A DNA stretch of 64,000 nucleotides from Escherichia coli (GTDB taxonomy: Bacteria > Pseudomonadota > Gammaproteobacteria > Enterobacterales > Enterobacteriaceae): NCBI RefSeq assembly GCF_048403405.1, contig NZ_CP183129.1. The stretch is one strand, 5' to 3'. Below the pieces are notes generated by a model. That model made no database searches. It was given only the letters and a program-made list of their open reading frames with translations, and had not been told where the DNA came from. Position 1 is the stretch's first letter; the number at the start of each line of letters is the position of its first letter. Positions 1-17,316 of this stretch are shown here, in pieces. The position numbers were made by a program, and so were the translations under genes.

Positions 1-453
<453 letters not shown>

Positions 454-787
454 TCAAAAAATCACAGTGCTCGGTCAACTCTTACCCCGCAAGCACAGGT
501 TGTTGGCTTCGCGGAACCGGGATGTTCTTATAATCAATCACATTCCCTGTTACCAGAATCATCCCGAAAGCATTCAAATAGGACGCGGCATTATAGCGGC
601 ATCACTTTTATGAGTCGAGAACGGTTATTGCGCGCTGTCGCGTATTTTTTCACAATTCCCGGGCAATTTTCGTCTGAATGCTGGGCAAAAAGCGCAAAAT
701 CCAGACAAAACAAAACGGCCCGCAGGCCGTTTTTCATAAAATCTTTAGCAACATACTGGAAAAGCGCCGACAGTTGCAAATGCGTTT

Positions 788-1105
788 TTACGCGATGCTT
801 CCTGCTCCACGACAGGGAGGAGAGGCAAAGACGGTGTCCTGCAACCCTTCCCACTCCTTAATAGTGTAAGTATGCAGAGCCAGCGCATGAACGGTAGTAG
901 AGAGTTCCTCCGCTAAAGTACTGTAAATCATTCGATGACGATTCAGAAAACGTTCACCCGTAAAACGATCGCTGACCAGCACAACTTTAAAATGGCTTTC
1001 AGAGCCGGCTGGGACATTGTGACGATAGCTTTCATCCACTACTTCGAGGAATACGGGTTGGAACGCCGCCCTTAATTTTTCTTCTATCCGCTCACGTATC
1101 ATCAT
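788..1105 (-). CDS. bolA: BolA stress/morphogene transcriptional regulator (105 aa)
   Basis: Supplied ORF 788..1138; start set at the internal ATG at 1105 ([11 protein letters not shown]...), preceded by GGAGG; sequence and length match BolA. Confidence 0.9.
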
Positions 1106-1409
1106 GAAATATCTCCTCCGACAACGCTGAGATGTCATCCATCCCTTTAAATACTAGCCGCTTTTACCGTTTCCATTGCAGCTTAACAACAAATATTTAG
1201 GTTTCGTCCTGGTTTTTCTGTCAAGCGTATGAAGTTTACTGATTTAAAGATTGAAACACAGGCCTCGCATCAGCGTTTCTTTTACCAGGGGCGATTATTT
1301 CGTCAACATGATGAATTTACATGCCTTACCCACTTCCCCTCGCCGTTGGCAATGTTATGATGGCGGGAATTTTTACCAAACACGCTTAAGAGTCTCTGAG
1401 AGCCCGAAC

Positions 1410-1988
1410 ATGTTCAAAAAAATCCTCTTCCCGTTAGTTGCTCTGTTTATGCTTGCAGGATGCGCAAAACCGCCAACAACTATTGAAGTTTCCCCGACGA
1501 TGACACTGCCACAGCAGGATCCAAGCCTGATGGGCGTCACCGTAAGCATTAATGGTGCCGATCAGCGTACCGATCAGGCGCTGGCAAAAGTCACCCGAGA
1601 TAATCAAATCGTTACCCTGACCGCCTCCCGCGATCTGCGTTTCCTGCTGCAAGAAGTGCTTGAAAAACAGATGACCGCGCGTGGTTACATGGTCGGTCCG
1701 AATGGCCCGGTTAATCTGCAAATCATCGTTAGCCAACTGTATGCTGATGTGTCCCAGGGCAACGTGCGCTATAACATCGCGACCAAAGCGGATATCGCCA
1801 TCATCGCTACCGCGCAGAATGGCAACAAAATGACCAAGAACTATCGTGCCAGCTACAACGTTGAAGGTGCGTTCCAGGCCTCCAACAAAAATATCGCCGA
1901 TGCGGTTAACAGTGTGCTGACCGATACCATCGCTGATATGTCTCAGGACACCAGCATCCACGAATTCATCAAGCAGAACGCGCGTTAA
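1410..1988 (+). CDS. yajG: Lipoprotein YajG (192 aa)
   Basis: Internal ATG at 1410 of ORF 1251..1988; MFKKILFPLVALFMLAGC has a lipobox (LAGC); position between bolA and ampG. Confidence 0.9.
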   Translation: MFKKILFPLVALFMLAGCAKPPTTIEVSPTMTLPQQDPSLMGVTVSINGADQRTDQALAKVTRDNQIVTLTASRDLRFLLQEVLEKQMTARGYMVGPNGPVNLQIIVSQLYADVSQGNVRYNIATKADIAIIATAQNGNKMTKNYRASYNVEGAFQASNKNIADAVNSVLTDTIADMSQDTSIHEFIKQNAR

Positions 1989-2000
1989 TTTCTGCCCTCT

Positions 2001-2020
2001 GGCCCGGTGCAAGCCGGGCC
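2001..2020 (+). terminator. Short GC-rich hairpin between yajG and ampG (possible attenuator or terminator)
   Basis: ggcccgg-tgcaag-ccgggcc, a 7-bp stem directly after the yajG stop; no clear T-run follows, so read-through into ampG is likely. Confidence 0.35.
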
Positions 2021-2031
2021 TGTAGACGCCC

Positions 2032-3507
2032 ATGTCCAGTCAATATTTACGTATTTTTCAACAGCCACGTTCAGCCATATTGCTGATTCTGGGTTTTGCT
2101 TCCGGGCTACCGCTCGCCCTGACATCCGGCACCTTACAGGCCTGGATGACGGTCGAGAATATCGATCTTAAAACCATTGGTTTCTTCTCTCTGGTAGGCC
2201 AGGCTTACGTTTTTAAATTCCTCTGGTCACCGCTGATGGACCGCTACACGCCCCCATTTTTCGGGCGGCGGCGCGGTTGGCTGCTCGCCACGCAAATCCT
2301 GTTATTAGTCGCCATTGCGGCGATGGGTTTTCTCGAACCAGGCACCCAGCTCCGCTGGATGGCGGCACTGGCGGTGGTGATCGCTTTTTGCTCTGCCTCC
2401 CAGGATATTGTCTTCGATGCGTGGAAAACCGATGTGCTCCCGGCAGAAGAACGTGGTGCGGGCGCGGCAATCAGCGTGCTGGGTTACCGTTTAGGGATGC
2501 TGGTTTCCGGCGGCTTAGCCCTGTGGCTGGCAGATAAATGGCTGGGCTGGCAGGGCATGTACTGGTTGATGGCGGCGCTGTTGATCCCCTGTATTATCGC
2601 GACGTTACTTGCACCAGAACCAACCGACACCATTCCAGTGCCCAAAACGCTGGAACAAGCGGTTGTTGCACCTCTGCGCGATTTCTTTGGTCGCAATAAT
2701 GCCTGGCTTATTTTGCTTATTATCGTGCTGTATAAGCTGGGCGACGCATTCGCCATGAGCCTGACAACCACGTTTTTGATTCGTGGCGTCGGGTTTGATG
2801 CGGGTGAAGTAGGCGTGGTTAACAAAACGCTTGGCTTACTGGCGACCATTGTTGGCGCATTGTACGGTGGGATTTTGATGCAGCGCCTGTCGCTGTTCCG
2901 GGCGCTGCTGATTTTCGGCATTTTACAAGGTGCATCTAACGCCGGTTACTGGCTGCTGTCGATTACTGATAAGCATCTCTACAGCATGGGCGCTGCCGTC
3001 TTTTTCGAAAACCTCTGTGGCGGGATGGGCACATCAGCCTTTGTCGCGCTGTTAATGACGCTGTGTAATAAGTCATTTTCCGCTACTCAATTTGCCCTGC
3101 TCTCAGCGCTTTCTGCTGTAGGGCGAGTTTATGTCGGCCCCGTGGCGGGTTGGTTTGTTGAAGCACACGGCTGGTCGACATTCTATCTGTTCTCCGTCGC
3201 CGCTGCCGTACCAGGGCTTATTTTGCTGCTGGTTTGCCGCCAGACGCTTGAATATACACGAGTAAATGACAACTTTATCTCCCGTACCGAATATCCTGCA
3301 GGTTATGCCTTTGCCATGTGGACACTGGCGGCGGGCATCAGCCTGTTGGCCGTGTGGTTACTGCTGTTGACGATGGACGCGCTGGATTTGACGCATTTCT
3401 CTTTCCTGCCTGCTCTGCTGGAAGTCGGGGTTTTAGTCGCTCTTTCTGGCGTCGTGCTTGGTGGTTTACTGGATTATCTGGCGCTACGAAAAACGCATCT
3501 GACGTAA
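2032..3507 (+). CDS. ampG: Muropeptide (anhydromuropeptide) permease AmpG, MFS family (491 aa)
   Basis: ORF 2032..3507; multi-pass membrane protein MSSQYLRIFQQPRSAILLILGFASGLPLAL...; synteny with yajG and cyoA. Confidence 0.92.
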   Translation: MSSQYLRIFQQPRSAILLILGFASGLPLALTSGTLQAWMTVENIDLKTIGFFSLVGQAYVFKFLWSPLMDRYTPPFFGRRRGWLLATQILLLVAIAAMGFLEPGTQLRWMAALAVVIAFCSASQDIVFDAWKTDVLPAEERGAGAAISVLGYRLGMLVSGGLALWLADKWLGWQGMYWLMAALLIPCIIATLLAPEPTDTIPVPKTLEQAVVAPLRDFFGRNNAWLILLIIVLYKLGDAFAMSLTTTFLIRGVGFDAGEVGVVNKTLGLLATIVGALYGGILMQRLSLFRALLIFGILQGASNAGYWLLSITDKHLYSMGAAVFFENLCGGMGTSAFVALLMTLCNKSFSATQFALLSALSAVGRVYVGPVAGWFVEAHGWSTFYLFSVAAAVPGLILLLVCRQTLEYTRVNDNFISRTEYPAGYAFAMWTLAAGISLLAVWLLLLTMDALDLTHFSFLPALLEVGVLVALSGVVLGGLLDYLALRKTHLT

Positions 3508-4914
<1,407 letters not shown>

Positions 4915-4923
4915 AGGGGTTGA

Positions 4924-7860
<2,937 letters not shown>

Positions 7861-7871
7861 GAGCGGCGGTT

Positions 7872-8762
7872 ATGATGTTTAAGCAATACCTGCAAGTAAC
7901 GAAACCAGGCATCATCTTTGGCAACCTGATCTCGGTGATTGGGGGATTCCTGCTGGCCTCAAAGGGCCGCATTGATTATCCCCTGTTTATCTACACGCTG
8001 GTTGGGGTGTCACTGGTTGTGGCGTCGGGTTGTGTGTTTAACAACTACATCGACAGGGATATCGACAGAAAGATGGAAAGGACGAAGAATCGGGTGCTGG
8101 TTAAAGGCCTGATCTCTCCTGCTGTCTCGCTGGTGTACGCCACCTTGCTGGGTATTGCTGGCTTTATGCTGCTGTGGTTTGGCGCGAATCCGCTGGCCTG
8201 CTGGCTGGGAGTGATGGGCTTTGTGGTTTACGTCGGCGTTTATAGCCTGTACATGAAACGCCACTCAGTCTACGGCACATTGATTGGTTCGCTCTCCGGC
8301 GCTGCGCCGCCGGTGATCGGCTACTGTGCAGTAACCGGCGAGTTCGATAGTGGCGCAGCGATTCTGCTTGCTATCTTCAGTCTGTGGCAGATGCCTCACT
8401 CCTATGCCATCGCCATTTTCCGCTTTAAGGATTACCAGGCGGCAAACATTCCGGTATTGCCAGTGGTAAAAGGCATTTCGGTGGCGAAGAATCACATCAC
8501 GCTGTATATCATCGCCTTTGCCGTTGCCACGCTGATGCTCTCTCTTGGCGGTTACGCTGGGTATAAATATCTGGTAGTCGCCGCGGCGGTGAGCGTCTGG
8601 TGGTTAGGCATGGCTCTGCGCGGTTATAAAGTTGCTGATGACAGAATCTGGGCGCGCAAGCTGTTCGGCTTCTCTATCATCGCCATCACTGCCCTCTCGG
8701 TGATGATGTCCGTTGATTTTATGGTGCCGGACTCGCATACGCTGCTGGCTGCTGTGTGGTAA
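7872..8762 (+). CDS. cyoE: Protohaem IX farnesyltransferase, haem O synthase (296 aa)
   Basis: ORF 7872..8762; polytopic membrane prenyltransferase sequence; last gene of the cyo operon. Confidence 0.95.
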   Translation: MMFKQYLQVTKPGIIFGNLISVIGGFLLASKGRIDYPLFIYTLVGVSLVVASGCVFNNYIDRDIDRKMERTKNRVLVKGLISPAVSLVYATLLGIAGFMLLWFGANPLACWLGVMGFVVYVGVYSLYMKRHSVYGTLIGSLSGAAPPVIGYCAVTGEFDSGAAILLAIFSLWQMPHSYAIAIFRFKDYQAANIPVLPVVKGISVAKNHITLYIIAFAVATLMLSLGGYAGYKYLVVAAAVSVWWLGMALRGYKVADDRIWARKLFGFSIIAITALSVMMSVDFMVPDSHTLLAAVW

Positions 8763-8777
8763 CACAACCTCTCAGTT

Positions 8778-8806
8778 AAAAAGGTGCTACGGCACCTTTT
8801 TTCTTA
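8778..8806 (+). terminator. Rho-independent terminator of the cyo operon
   Basis: aaggtgc-tacg-gcacctt hairpin followed by TTTTTTC, directly after the cyoE stop. Confidence 0.8.
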
Positions 8807-8910
8807 GCATTAGAATCATATCCCTCTCGAAATATTTACTAAAAAATCCGCATATTTACCCCATTCGTTTGCCGCTTTACACTAGTCGCGAATTTAAAAC
8901 AGAGGTGGTA

Positions 8911-10275
8911 ATGAACGATTATAAAATGACGCCAGGTGAGCGACGCGCGACCTGGGGTTTAGGGACCGTATTCTCGTTGCGCATGCTGGGCATGTTTATG
9001 GTTCTGCCGGTTCTGACCACGTACGGCATGGCTCTGCAAGGTGCCAGCGAAGCATTAATCGGTATTGCCATTGGTATTTATGGTCTGACTCAGGCCGTTT
9101 TTCAGATTCCGTTTGGCCTGCTTTCCGACCGCATTGGTCGCAAACCATTAATTGTCGGTGGGCTGGCAGTGTTTGCCGCCGGTAGCGTTATCGCTGCGCT
9201 CTCTGACTCCATCTGGGGAATTATTCTGGGCCGGGCGCTACAAGGCTCCGGTGCGATTGCCGCTGCCGTTATGGCGCTGCTTTCCGATCTCACGCGCGAA
9301 CAAAACCGCACCAAAGCAATGGCGTTTATCGGCGTGAGCTTTGGCATTACCTTTGCCATTGCGATGGTGCTTGGCCCGATCATCACTCACAAACTTGGGC
9401 TGCACGCGCTGTTCTGGATGATCGCTATTCTGGCAACAACCGGCATTGCGTTGACCATTTGGGTTGTGCCCAACAGTAGCACTCACGTACTTAATCGTGA
9501 GTCCGGAATGGTGAAAGGCAGTTTCAGTAAAGTGCTGGCGGAACCGCGGCTGCTGAAACTCAACTTTGGCATTATGTGTCTGCATATTTTGCTGATGTCG
9601 ACGTTTGTTGCCCTGCCAGGGCAACTGGCTGATGCGGGATTTCCGGCGGCTGAACACTGGAAGGTCTACCTGGCAACGATGTTAATCGCCTTTGGCTCGG
9701 TCGTGCCTTTCATTATCTACGCTGAAGTTAAGCGCAAAATGAAGCAAGTCTTTGTCTTCTGCGTCGGGTTGATCGTGGTTGCGGAAATTGTGTTGTGGAA
9801 CGCACAAACGCAGTTCTGGCAACTGGTGGTCGGCGTGCAGCTTTTCTTTGTGGCGTTTAATTTGATGGAAGCCCTTCTGCCTTCACTTATCAGTAAAGAG
9901 TCGCCAGCAGGTTACAAAGGTACGGCGATGGGTGTTTACTCCACCAGCCAGTTTCTTGGCGTGGCGATTGGCGGTTCGCTGGGCGGCTGGATTGACGGCA
10001 TGTTTGACGGTCAGGGGGTATTTCTCGCTGGCGCAATGCTGGCCGCAGTGTGGCTGGCAGTCGCCAGTACCATGAAAGAACCGCCGTATGTCAGCAGCTT
10101 ACGCATTGAAATCCCGGCGGACATTGCCGCAAACGAGGCGTTAAAAGTGCGTTTGCTGGAAACTGAAGGCGTCAAAGAAGTGTTGATTGCAGAAGAAGAA
10201 CATTCAGCTTATGTGAAAATCGACAGCAAAGTGACGAATCGCTTTGAGGTTGAACAGGCAATTCGTCAGGCATAA
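8911..10275 (+). CDS. yajR: MFS transporter YajR (454 aa)
   Basis: Internal ATG at 8911 of ORF 8713..10275 (MNDYKMTPGERRATWGLG...); 12-TM MFS-like protein with a soluble C-terminal domain. Confidence 0.9.
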   Translation: MNDYKMTPGERRATWGLGTVFSLRMLGMFMVLPVLTTYGMALQGASEALIGIAIGIYGLTQAVFQIPFGLLSDRIGRKPLIVGGLAVFAAGSVIAALSDSIWGIILGRALQGSGAIAAAVMALLSDLTREQNRTKAMAFIGVSFGITFAIAMVLGPIITHKLGLHALFWMIAILATTGIALTIWVVPNSSTHVLNRESGMVKGSFSKVLAEPRLLKLNFGIMCLHILLMSTFVALPGQLADAGFPAAEHWKVYLATMLIAFGSVVPFIIYAEVKRKMKQVFVFCVGLIVVAEIVLWNAQTQFWQLVVGVQLFFVAFNLMEALLPSLISKESPAGYKGTAMGVYSTSQFLGVAIGGSLGGWIDGMFDGQGVFLAGAMLAAVWLAVASTMKEPPYVSSLRIEIPADIAANEALKVRLLETEGVKEVLIAEEEHSAYVKIDSKVTNRFEVEQAIRQA

Positions 10276-10289
10276 AAAACGAGGCGAAT

Positions 10290-10385
10290 TGCCTGCTGCG
10301 CTACGCTTACCAGGCCTACAAAGTTCCTGAGTTATAAACCTTTGTAGGCCGAATTAGCTGTTCATGCTGCATTCGGCATGAACAA
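10290..10385. repeat. REP-like palindromic repeats between convergent yajR and yajQ
   Basis: Two imperfect palindromes visible: ggcctacaaag...ctttgtaggcc and ttcatgc...gcatgaa. Confidence 0.55.
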
Positions 10386-10402
10386 AACGCACATTGTCGC
10401 GA

Positions 10403-10894
10403 TTAATCGCGGAAGTTTTTGAACTGGAACGGCTGACCGAGATCGCCACCACGTACCATCGCCATGACAGCCTGCAAATCATCACGAGATTTACCCGTTA
10501 CGCGGATCTCATCGCCCTGAATTTGCGCCTGCACTTTCAGTTTGCTGTCTTTGATCATCTTGACGATTTTCTTCTGGGTCGCACTCTCAATGCCCTGTTT
10601 CAGTTTCGCTTCCACAAACCAGGTTTTACCGCTATGAACGATATTTTCCGGTACATCCAGCGAACTGCCTTCAATGCCGCGCTTCAGCAGCTTGGCACGC
10701 AGAATATCCAGCAACTGATTGACCTGGAAATCGGACTCGCTCAACACTTTGATGGTTTTGCTGGCGTCGTTCAGCTCAAATGAGGCTTCAACATTACGGA
10801 AGTCAAAACGGGACTCCACTTCGCGGCTCGCGTTATCGACCGCGTTACGTGCTTCCTGAAGATCAACTTCAGAGACAATATCGAAAGATGGCAT
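10403..10894 (-). CDS. yajQ: Nucleotide-binding protein YajQ (UPF0234 family, 163 aa)
   Basis: Internal ATG at 10894 of ORF 10403..11062 ([20 protein letters not shown]...). Confidence 0.9.
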
Positions 10895-10972
10895 CTTTTC
10901 CTCTCCCTTCATTTTTGATGCGAAGCATAATACCTGCAAAGTTAAATAACCAACAGTCCTGCACCAGGACGT

Positions 10973-11018
10973 ATCCCTTAATTGTGCATAGTCGCAACAG
11001 CATGCACAATTAAGGGAT
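10973..11018. promoter_or_regulatory. Perfect 17-bp inverted repeat in the yajQ/panE divergent intergenic region
   Basis: atcccttaattgtgcat - 12 nt - atgcacaattaagggat; the arms are exact reverse complements. Confidence 0.6.
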
Positions 11019-11061
11019 AGCCTTATTGAACACCCGGAGTGGTTGCGGGTGAGGAGGAACA

Positions 11062-12526
<1,465 letters not shown>

Positions 12527-12527
12527 T

Positions 12528-12566
12528 GTCGGATGCGGTAAGCGTCGCATCTGACCAGATGCGACG
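12528..12566. repeat. REP element between convergent yajL and thiI
   Basis: gtcggatgcggtaagcgtcgcatctgaccagatgcgacg, a canonical REP-type palindrome (cgtcgcatctg / cagatgcgacg). Confidence 0.7.
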
Positions 12567-12579
12567 TAAAAACCACAAA

Positions 12580-14028
12580 TTACGGGCGATATACCTTCAC
12601 ATTGTTAAAGCCCTGCTCGCGCAGATAGAGCGCCTGCAGGCGGCTCATCACCCCGCGCTCACACCACAACAGCCAGGTTTTGTTCTGGTCGAGATCGCCA
12701 AATTTGGTGCTCAGTTTATAGAACGGCAGAGAAACCACATCAATCCCTTCGACTTTCAGTGGCTTATCTTCCTGTTCATCGATAGAACGGATATCGAGGA
12801 TCACGTCGTTCGGGCCAAAGCCATTGACGGTTTCCACTTCCACCACTTCCTGCTCGGTCTGCTGGGCGATTTCGCGGATATCAACGTTATTCGCTTCTTC
12901 AACCACTTTATCGAGAATGCTGAAGTCGAACTTCTCTTCTTCCGCTTCAATCTTCGATTTAACCGCTTTCACCGTCGGGCTTTTGGAGATCACACCGCAG
13001 TATTCCGGCATAGTACGGGCAAAGTCTTCGGTACCAATATGGCGAGCCAGGTTGATGATATGCTCTTTGTCATAAGAGATCAGCGGACGCAGGATCAGCG
13101 TATCAGAGACGTTATCAATCAGGCGCAGGTTGGTCAGCGTCTGGCTGGACACCTGGCCGAGCGCTTCACCGGTGACCAGCGCCTGTACGCCGTAACGTTC
13201 AGCCACTTTAGATGCGGCACGCACCATCATACGTTTGAGGATAACGCCCATCTGACCGTCGTCGATTTTCTCGAGAATTTCCCCGACGACCGGTTCGAAA
13301 TTAATGGCGACAAAACGCACTCGGTGGGAGCTGCCAAAACGGTTCCACAGATAATGCGCCACCTGACGCACGCCAATTTCATGCGCCGCGCCGCCAAGGT
13401 TAAAGAAGCAGTAATGCACGCGGCAGCCGCGACGCATCAACATATAGCTGGAAACGCCGGAGTCGAAACCACCAGAAATGAGCGACAGCACATCTTCCTG
13501 GGTGCCGATCGGGAAACCGCCAATACCTTCGTAGCGGCCTTTAATTAGCAGGAGGCGATCGTCTTCCACTTCTAGATGGACAGTCACATCCGGATTGGTC
13601 AGCTTCACGCGCGCGGACTCAATATGCTGATTTAAACCGCCGCCGACGTAACGTTCCACATCAATCGAGCTAAAATCATGTTTGCCGCGGCGCTTCACGC
13701 GTACGCAGAAGGTTTTCCCTTCCAGCTGATCGCGATACTGAACCAACGCTTTCTCAAAAATATCGTGCATGTCGGTAAACGGCACGTCTTCGACTTCGAG
13801 AATATGGTGGATACCCGGAATACGGGTCAGGGCGTCGCGAATAGCCAGACGCTGGTTTTCATCTTTTGCGCGAACTTCGATGTTATCCCAGTGGCGGACG
13901 ACAGCGAGCGTCTCATCATAGTGCTTTAAAACGTTACGAATGTTCCCGGTAAGGATTTTTATAAAGCGCAAGCGCACAGATTGGCTTTTGATGGTGATTT
14001 CCGGGAACAATTTAATGATAAACTTCAT
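12580..14028 (-). CDS. thiI: tRNA 4-thiouridine synthase / thiazole biosynthesis sulfurtransferase ThiI (482 aa)
   Basis: ORF 12580..14028; [22 protein letters not shown]... (THUMP + PP-loop ATPase + rhodanese layout). Confidence 0.95.
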   Translation of the reverse strand: MKFIIKLFPEITIKSQSVRLRFIKILTGNIRNVLKHYDETLAVVRHWDNIEVRAKDENQRLAIRDALTRIPGIHHILEVEDVPFTDMHDIFEKALVQYRDQLEGKTFCVRVKRRGKHDFSSIDVERYVGGGLNQHIESARVKLTNPDVTVHLEVEDDRLLLIKGRYEGIGGFPIGTQEDVLSLISGGFDSGVSSYMLMRRGCRVHYCFFNLGGAAHEIGVRQVAHYLWNRFGSSHRVRFVAINFEPVVGEILEKIDDGQMGVILKRMMVRAASKVAERYGVQALVTGEALGQVSSQTLTNLRLIDNVSDTLILRPLISYDKEHIINLARHIGTEDFARTMPEYCGVISKSPTVKAVKSKIEAEEEKFDFSILDKVVEEANNVDIREIAQQTEQEVVEVETVNGFGPNDVILDIRSIDEQEDKPLKVEGIDVVSLPFYKLSTKFGDLDQNKTWLLWCERGVMSRLQALYLREQGFNNVKVYRP

Positions 14029-14233
14029 GGCGGCAATGGTTCGTTGGCAAGCCTTAAGCGACTTGTATAGGGAAAAATACAGCAGCCCACACCTGCGGCT
14101 GCATCCAGGCGCGGAAGTATACCACTAACATCGCTTTGCTGCGCACATCACCTTACCATTGCGCGTTATTTGCTATTTGCCCTGAGTCCGTTACCATGAC
14201 GGGGCGAAAAATATTGAGAGTCAGACATTCATT

Positions 14234-14476
14234 ATGCCGAAGAAAAATGAGGCGCCCGCCAGCTTTGAAAAGGCGCTGAGCGAGCTGGAACAGATTGTAA
14301 CCCGTCTGGAAAGTGGCGACCTGCCGCTGGAAGAGGCGCTGAACGAGTTCGAACGCGGCGTGCAGCTGGCACGTCAGGGGCAGGCCAAATTACAACAAGC
14401 CGAACAGCGCGTACAAATTCTGCTGTCTGACAATGAAGACGCCTCTCTAACCCCTTTTACACCGGACAATGAGTAA
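14234..14476 (+). CDS. xseB: Exodeoxyribonuclease VII small subunit (80 aa)
   Basis: ORF 14234..14476; [22 protein letters not shown]...; stop overlaps the ispA start. Confidence 0.95.
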
Positions 14477-15375
14477 TGGACTTTCCGCAGCAACTCGAAG
14501 CCTGCGTTAAGCAGGCCAACCAGGCGCTGAGCCGTTTTATCGCCCCACTGCCCTTTCAGAACACTCCCGTGGTCGAAACCATGCAGTATGGCGCATTATT
14601 AGGTGGTAAGCGCCTGCGACCTTTCCTGGTTTATGCCACCGGTCATATGTTCGGCGTTAGCACAAACACGCTGGACGCACCCGCTGCCGCCGTAGAGTGT
14701 ATCCACGCTTACTCATTAATTCATGATGATTTACCGGCAATGGATGATGACGATCTGCGTCGCGGTTTGCCAACCTGCCATGTGAAGTTTGGCGAAGCAA
14801 ACGCGATTCTCGCTGGCGACGCTTTACAAACGCTGGCGTTCTCGATTCTAAGCGATGCCGATATGCCGGAAGTGTCGGATCGCGACAGAATTTCGATGAT
14901 TTCTGAACTGGCGAGCGCCAGCGGTATTGCCGGAATGTGCGGTGGTCAGGCATTAGATTTAGATGCGGAAGGCAAACACGTACCTCTGGACGCACTCGAG
15001 CGTATTCATCGTCATAAAACCGGCGCATTGATTCGCGCCGCCGTTCGCCTTGGTGCATTAAGCGCCGGAGATAAAGGACGTCGTGCTCTGCCAGTACTCG
15101 ACAAGTACGCAGAGAGCATCGGCCTTGCCTTCCAGGTTCAGGATGACATCCTGGATGTGGTAGGAGATACTGCAACGTTAGGAAAACGCCAGGGTGCCGA
15201 TCAGCAACTTGGTAAAAGTACCTACCCTGCACTTCTGGGTCTTGAGCAAGCCCGGAAGAAAGCCCGGGATCTGATCGACGATGCCCGTCAGTCGCTGAAA
15301 CAACTGGCTGAGCAGTCACTCGATACCTCGGCACTGGAAGCGCTAGCGGACTACATCATCCAGCGTAATAAATAA
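14476..15375 (+). CDS. ispA: Farnesyl diphosphate synthase (299 aa)
   Basis: ORF 14476..15375; DDxxD motifs (LIHDDLPAMDDDD and FQVQDDILD). Confidence 0.95.
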   Translation: MDFPQQLEACVKQANQALSRFIAPLPFQNTPVVETMQYGALLGGKRLRPFLVYATGHMFGVSTNTLDAPAAAVECIHAYSLIHDDLPAMDDDDLRRGLPTCHVKFGEANAILAGDALQTLAFSILSDADMPEVSDRDRISMISELASASGIAGMCGGQALDLDAEGKHVPLDALERIHRHKTGALIRAAVRLGALSAGDKGRRALPVLDKYAESIGLAFQVQDDILDVVGDTATLGKRQGADQQLGKSTYPALLGLEQARKKARDLIDDARQSLKQLAEQSLDTSALEALADYIIQRNK

Positions 15376-15399
15376 ACAATAAGTATTAATAGGCCCCTG

Positions 15400-17262
15400 A
15401 TGAGTTTTGATATTGCCAAATACCCGACCCTGGCACTGGTCGACTCCACCCAGGAGTTACGACTGTTGCCGAAAGAGAGTTTACCGAAACTCTGCGACGA
15501 ACTGCGCCGCTATTTACTCGACAGCGTGAGCCGTTCCAGCGGGCACTTCGCCTCCGGGCTGGGCACGGTCGAACTGACCGTGGCGCTGCACTATGTCTAC
15601 AACACCCCGTTTGACCAATTGATTTGGGATGTGGGGCATCAGGCTTATCCGCATAAAATTTTGACCGGACGCCGCGACAAGATCGACACCATCCGTCAGA
15701 AAGGCGGTCTGCACCCGTTCCCGTGGCGCGGCGAAAGCGAATATGACGTATTAAGCGTCGGGCATTCATCAACCTCCATCAGTGCCGGAATTGGTATTGC
15801 GGTCGCTGCCGAAAAAGAAGGCAAAAATCGCCGCACCGTTTGTGTGATTGGCGACGGTGCGATTACCGCTGGCATGGCGTTTGAAGCGATGAATCACGCG
15901 GGCGATATCCGTCCTGATATGCTGGTGGTTCTCAACGACAATGAAATGTCGATTTCCGAAAATGTTGGCGCGCTCAACAACCATCTGGCGCAGCTGCTTT
16001 CCGGTAAGCTTTACTCTTCACTGCGCGAAGGCGGGAAAAAAGTTTTCTCTGGCGTGCCCCCCATTAAAGAGCTGCTCAAACGTACCGAAGAACATATTAA
16101 AGGCATGGTAGTGCCTGGCACATTGTTTGAAGAGCTGGGCTTTAACTACATCGGCCCGGTTGACGGTCACGATGTGCTGGGGCTTATCACCACGCTTAAG
16201 AACATGCGCGACCTGAAAGGCCCGCAGTTCCTGCATATCATGACCAAAAAAGGTCGTGGTTATGAACCGGCAGAAAAAGACCCAATCACTTTCCACGCCG
16301 TGCCTAAATTTGATCCCTCCAGCGGTTGTTTGCCGAAAAGTAGCGGCGGTTTGCCGAGCTATTCAAAAATCTTTGGCGACTGGTTGTGCGAAACGGCAGC
16401 GAAAGACAACAAGCTGATGGCGATTACTCCGGCGATGCGTGAAGGTTCCGGTATGGTCGAGTTTTCTCGTAAATTCCCGGATCGCTACTTCGACGTGGCA
16501 ATTGCCGAGCAACACGCAGTGACCTTTGCCGCCGGTCTGGCGATTGGTGGGTACAAACCCATCGTCGCGATCTACTCCACCTTCCTGCAACGCGCCTATG
16601 ATCAGGTGCTGCATGACGTGGCGATTCAAAAGCTTCCGGTCCTGTTCGCCATCGACCGCGCGGGCATTGTTGGTGCTGATGGTCAAACCCACCAGGGCGC
16701 TTTTGATCTCTCTTACCTGCGCTGTATTCCGGAAATGGTCATTATGACCCCGAGCGATGAAAACGAATGTCGCCAGATGCTCTATACCGGCTATCACTAT
16801 AACGATGGCCCGTCAGCGGTACGCTACCCGCGTGGCAACGCGGTTGGCGTGGAACTGACGCCGCTGGAAAAACTGCCAATTGGCAAAGGCATTGTGAAGC
16901 GTCGTGGCGAGAAACTGGCGATCCTTAACTTTGGTACGCTGATGCCAGAAGCGGCGAAAGTCGCTGAATCGCTGAACGCTACGCTGGTCGATATGCGTTT
17001 TGTGAAACCGCTTGATGAAGCGTTAATTCTGGAAATGGCCGCCAGCCATGAAGCGCTGGTCACCGTAGAAGAAAACGCCATTATGGGCGGCGCAGGCAGC
17101 GGAGTGAACGAAGTGCTGATGGCCCATCGTAAACCAGTACCCGTGCTGAACATTGGCCTGCCTGACTTCTTTATTCCACAAGGAACGCAGGAAGAAATGC
17201 GCGCCGAACTCGGCCTCGATGCCGCCGGTATGGAAGCCAAAATCAAGGCCTGGCTGGCATAA
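15400..17262 (+). CDS. dxs: 1-deoxy-D-xylulose-5-phosphate synthase (620 aa)
   Basis: ORF 15400..17262; [24 protein letters not shown]..., TPP-dependent transketolase-like. Confidence 0.95.
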   Translation: MSFDIAKYPTLALVDSTQELRLLPKESLPKLCDELRRYLLDSVSRSSGHFASGLGTVELTVALHYVYNTPFDQLIWDVGHQAYPHKILTGRRDKIDTIRQKGGLHPFPWRGESEYDVLSVGHSSTSISAGIGIAVAAEKEGKNRRTVCVIGDGAITAGMAFEAMNHAGDIRPDMLVVLNDNEMSISENVGALNNHLAQLLSGKLYSSLREGGKKVFSGVPPIKELLKRTEEHIKGMVVPGTLFEELGFNYIGPVDGHDVLGLITTLKNMRDLKGPQFLHIMTKKGRGYEPAEKDPITFHAVPKFDPSSGCLPKSSGGLPSYSKIFGDWLCETAAKDNKLMAITPAMREGSGMVEFSRKFPDRYFDVAIAEQHAVTFAAGLAIGGYKPIVAIYSTFLQRAYDQVLHDVAIQKLPVLFAIDRAGIVGADGQTHQGAFDLSYLRCIPEMVIMTPSDENECRQMLYTGYHYNDGPSAVRYPRGNAVGVELTPLEKLPIGKGIVKRRGEKLAILNFGTLMPEAAKVAESLNATLVDMRFVKPLDEALILEMAASHEALVTVEENAIMGGAGSGVNEVLMAHRKPVPVLNIGLPDFFIPQGTQEEMRAELGLDAAGMEAKIKAWLA

Positions 17263-17316
17263 TCCCTACTCCACTCCTGCTATGCTTAAGAAATTATTCA
17301 TGGCAGGAGTGGCAGC

